Shown here: positions 63,671 to 64,000 of the stretch, piece by piece
How positions within the stretch are numbered: position 1 is the first letter of the stretch
Layout: each line of letters begins with the position of its first letter
Source: Camelus ferus
Taxonomy: Eukaryota
Length of the DNA: 64,000 bases
Assembly (NCBI RefSeq): GCF_009834535.1
Contig: NC_045707.1
Coordinates: forward strand, 64,544,001 to 64,608,000
Reading direction: 5' to 3'
The notes under the pieces: generated by a model
What the model was told of the DNA's origin: nothing
What the model saw: the letters and a program-made list of their open reading frames with translations, nothing else
Databases searched by the model: none
Program-made: the position numbers and the translations under genes

Positions 63671-64000
63671 CTTCTCTTAATACTAAACATTGAGTAAGGC
63701 ATGCATTTTTTTTTTCCTGTTTGGAGAGAGACCGTTATCTGTGTTATCTGTGGGGGAAAGCCTGAAGTCAACAGTGTGATGGGTTTAATTTTAGTCTGCC
63801 TCTCCCCAGTGGAGATGACCATTTCAAAATGTAATATTGTCATCACTTGAGCGATAATGATCTGGAAGTGCCATCATTATGTGGTTTTCCTTGACAGACT
63901 CCTAGCATATCATTATGCAAACAGTCCATGTTTATGTCTTCAGATCGCTTGTCATAGACCCTCATAAATTACACGGTTTGCATGTATTCAGCAGAATCAC

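Larger units (their letters stand above)
62607..63690 (+). other. PTPRR: PTPRR 3' UTR (end approximate)
   Basis: AT-rich sequence with no recognisable repeats, running from the stop to about 20 nt past the distal AATAAA. Confidence 0.75.

Overview
This is mammalian genomic DNA, almost certainly camelid, judged by nine copies of a tRNA-Ala(AGC)-derived Vic-1-type SINE. The window holds the 3' half of PTPRR (PTP-SL/PTPBR7, a KIM-family MAPK tyrosine phosphatase) on the + strand. Eight GT-AG coding exons (18057-18243, 20843-20927, 29454-29533, 29984-30121, 41802-41912, 43279-43436, 48039-48152, 62513-62606) splice into one uninterrupted frame of 967 nt: one split-codon base, 321 codons and the stop. 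They encode most of the kinase-interaction motif and an intact PTP domain (KNRY, WPD, HCSAGIGR, QTSEQY). A ~1.1 kb 3'UTR with two AATAAA signals follows. The rest is intron, filled with L1, L2, MIR, MLT2 and DNA-transposon relics and microsatellites. Nearly all ORFs in the supplied track are spurious. I found no convincing new biological system. The points most worth checking are a MIR-bearing segment inside a younger L1, a clustered sense-biased set of camelid SINEs that could supply intronic poly(A) signals right after the catalytic Cys, a young 50-bp triplication, and motif-rich unique DNA in the last intron near the expected PTPRB start. Repeat family names and human comparisons are from memory, not from database searches.
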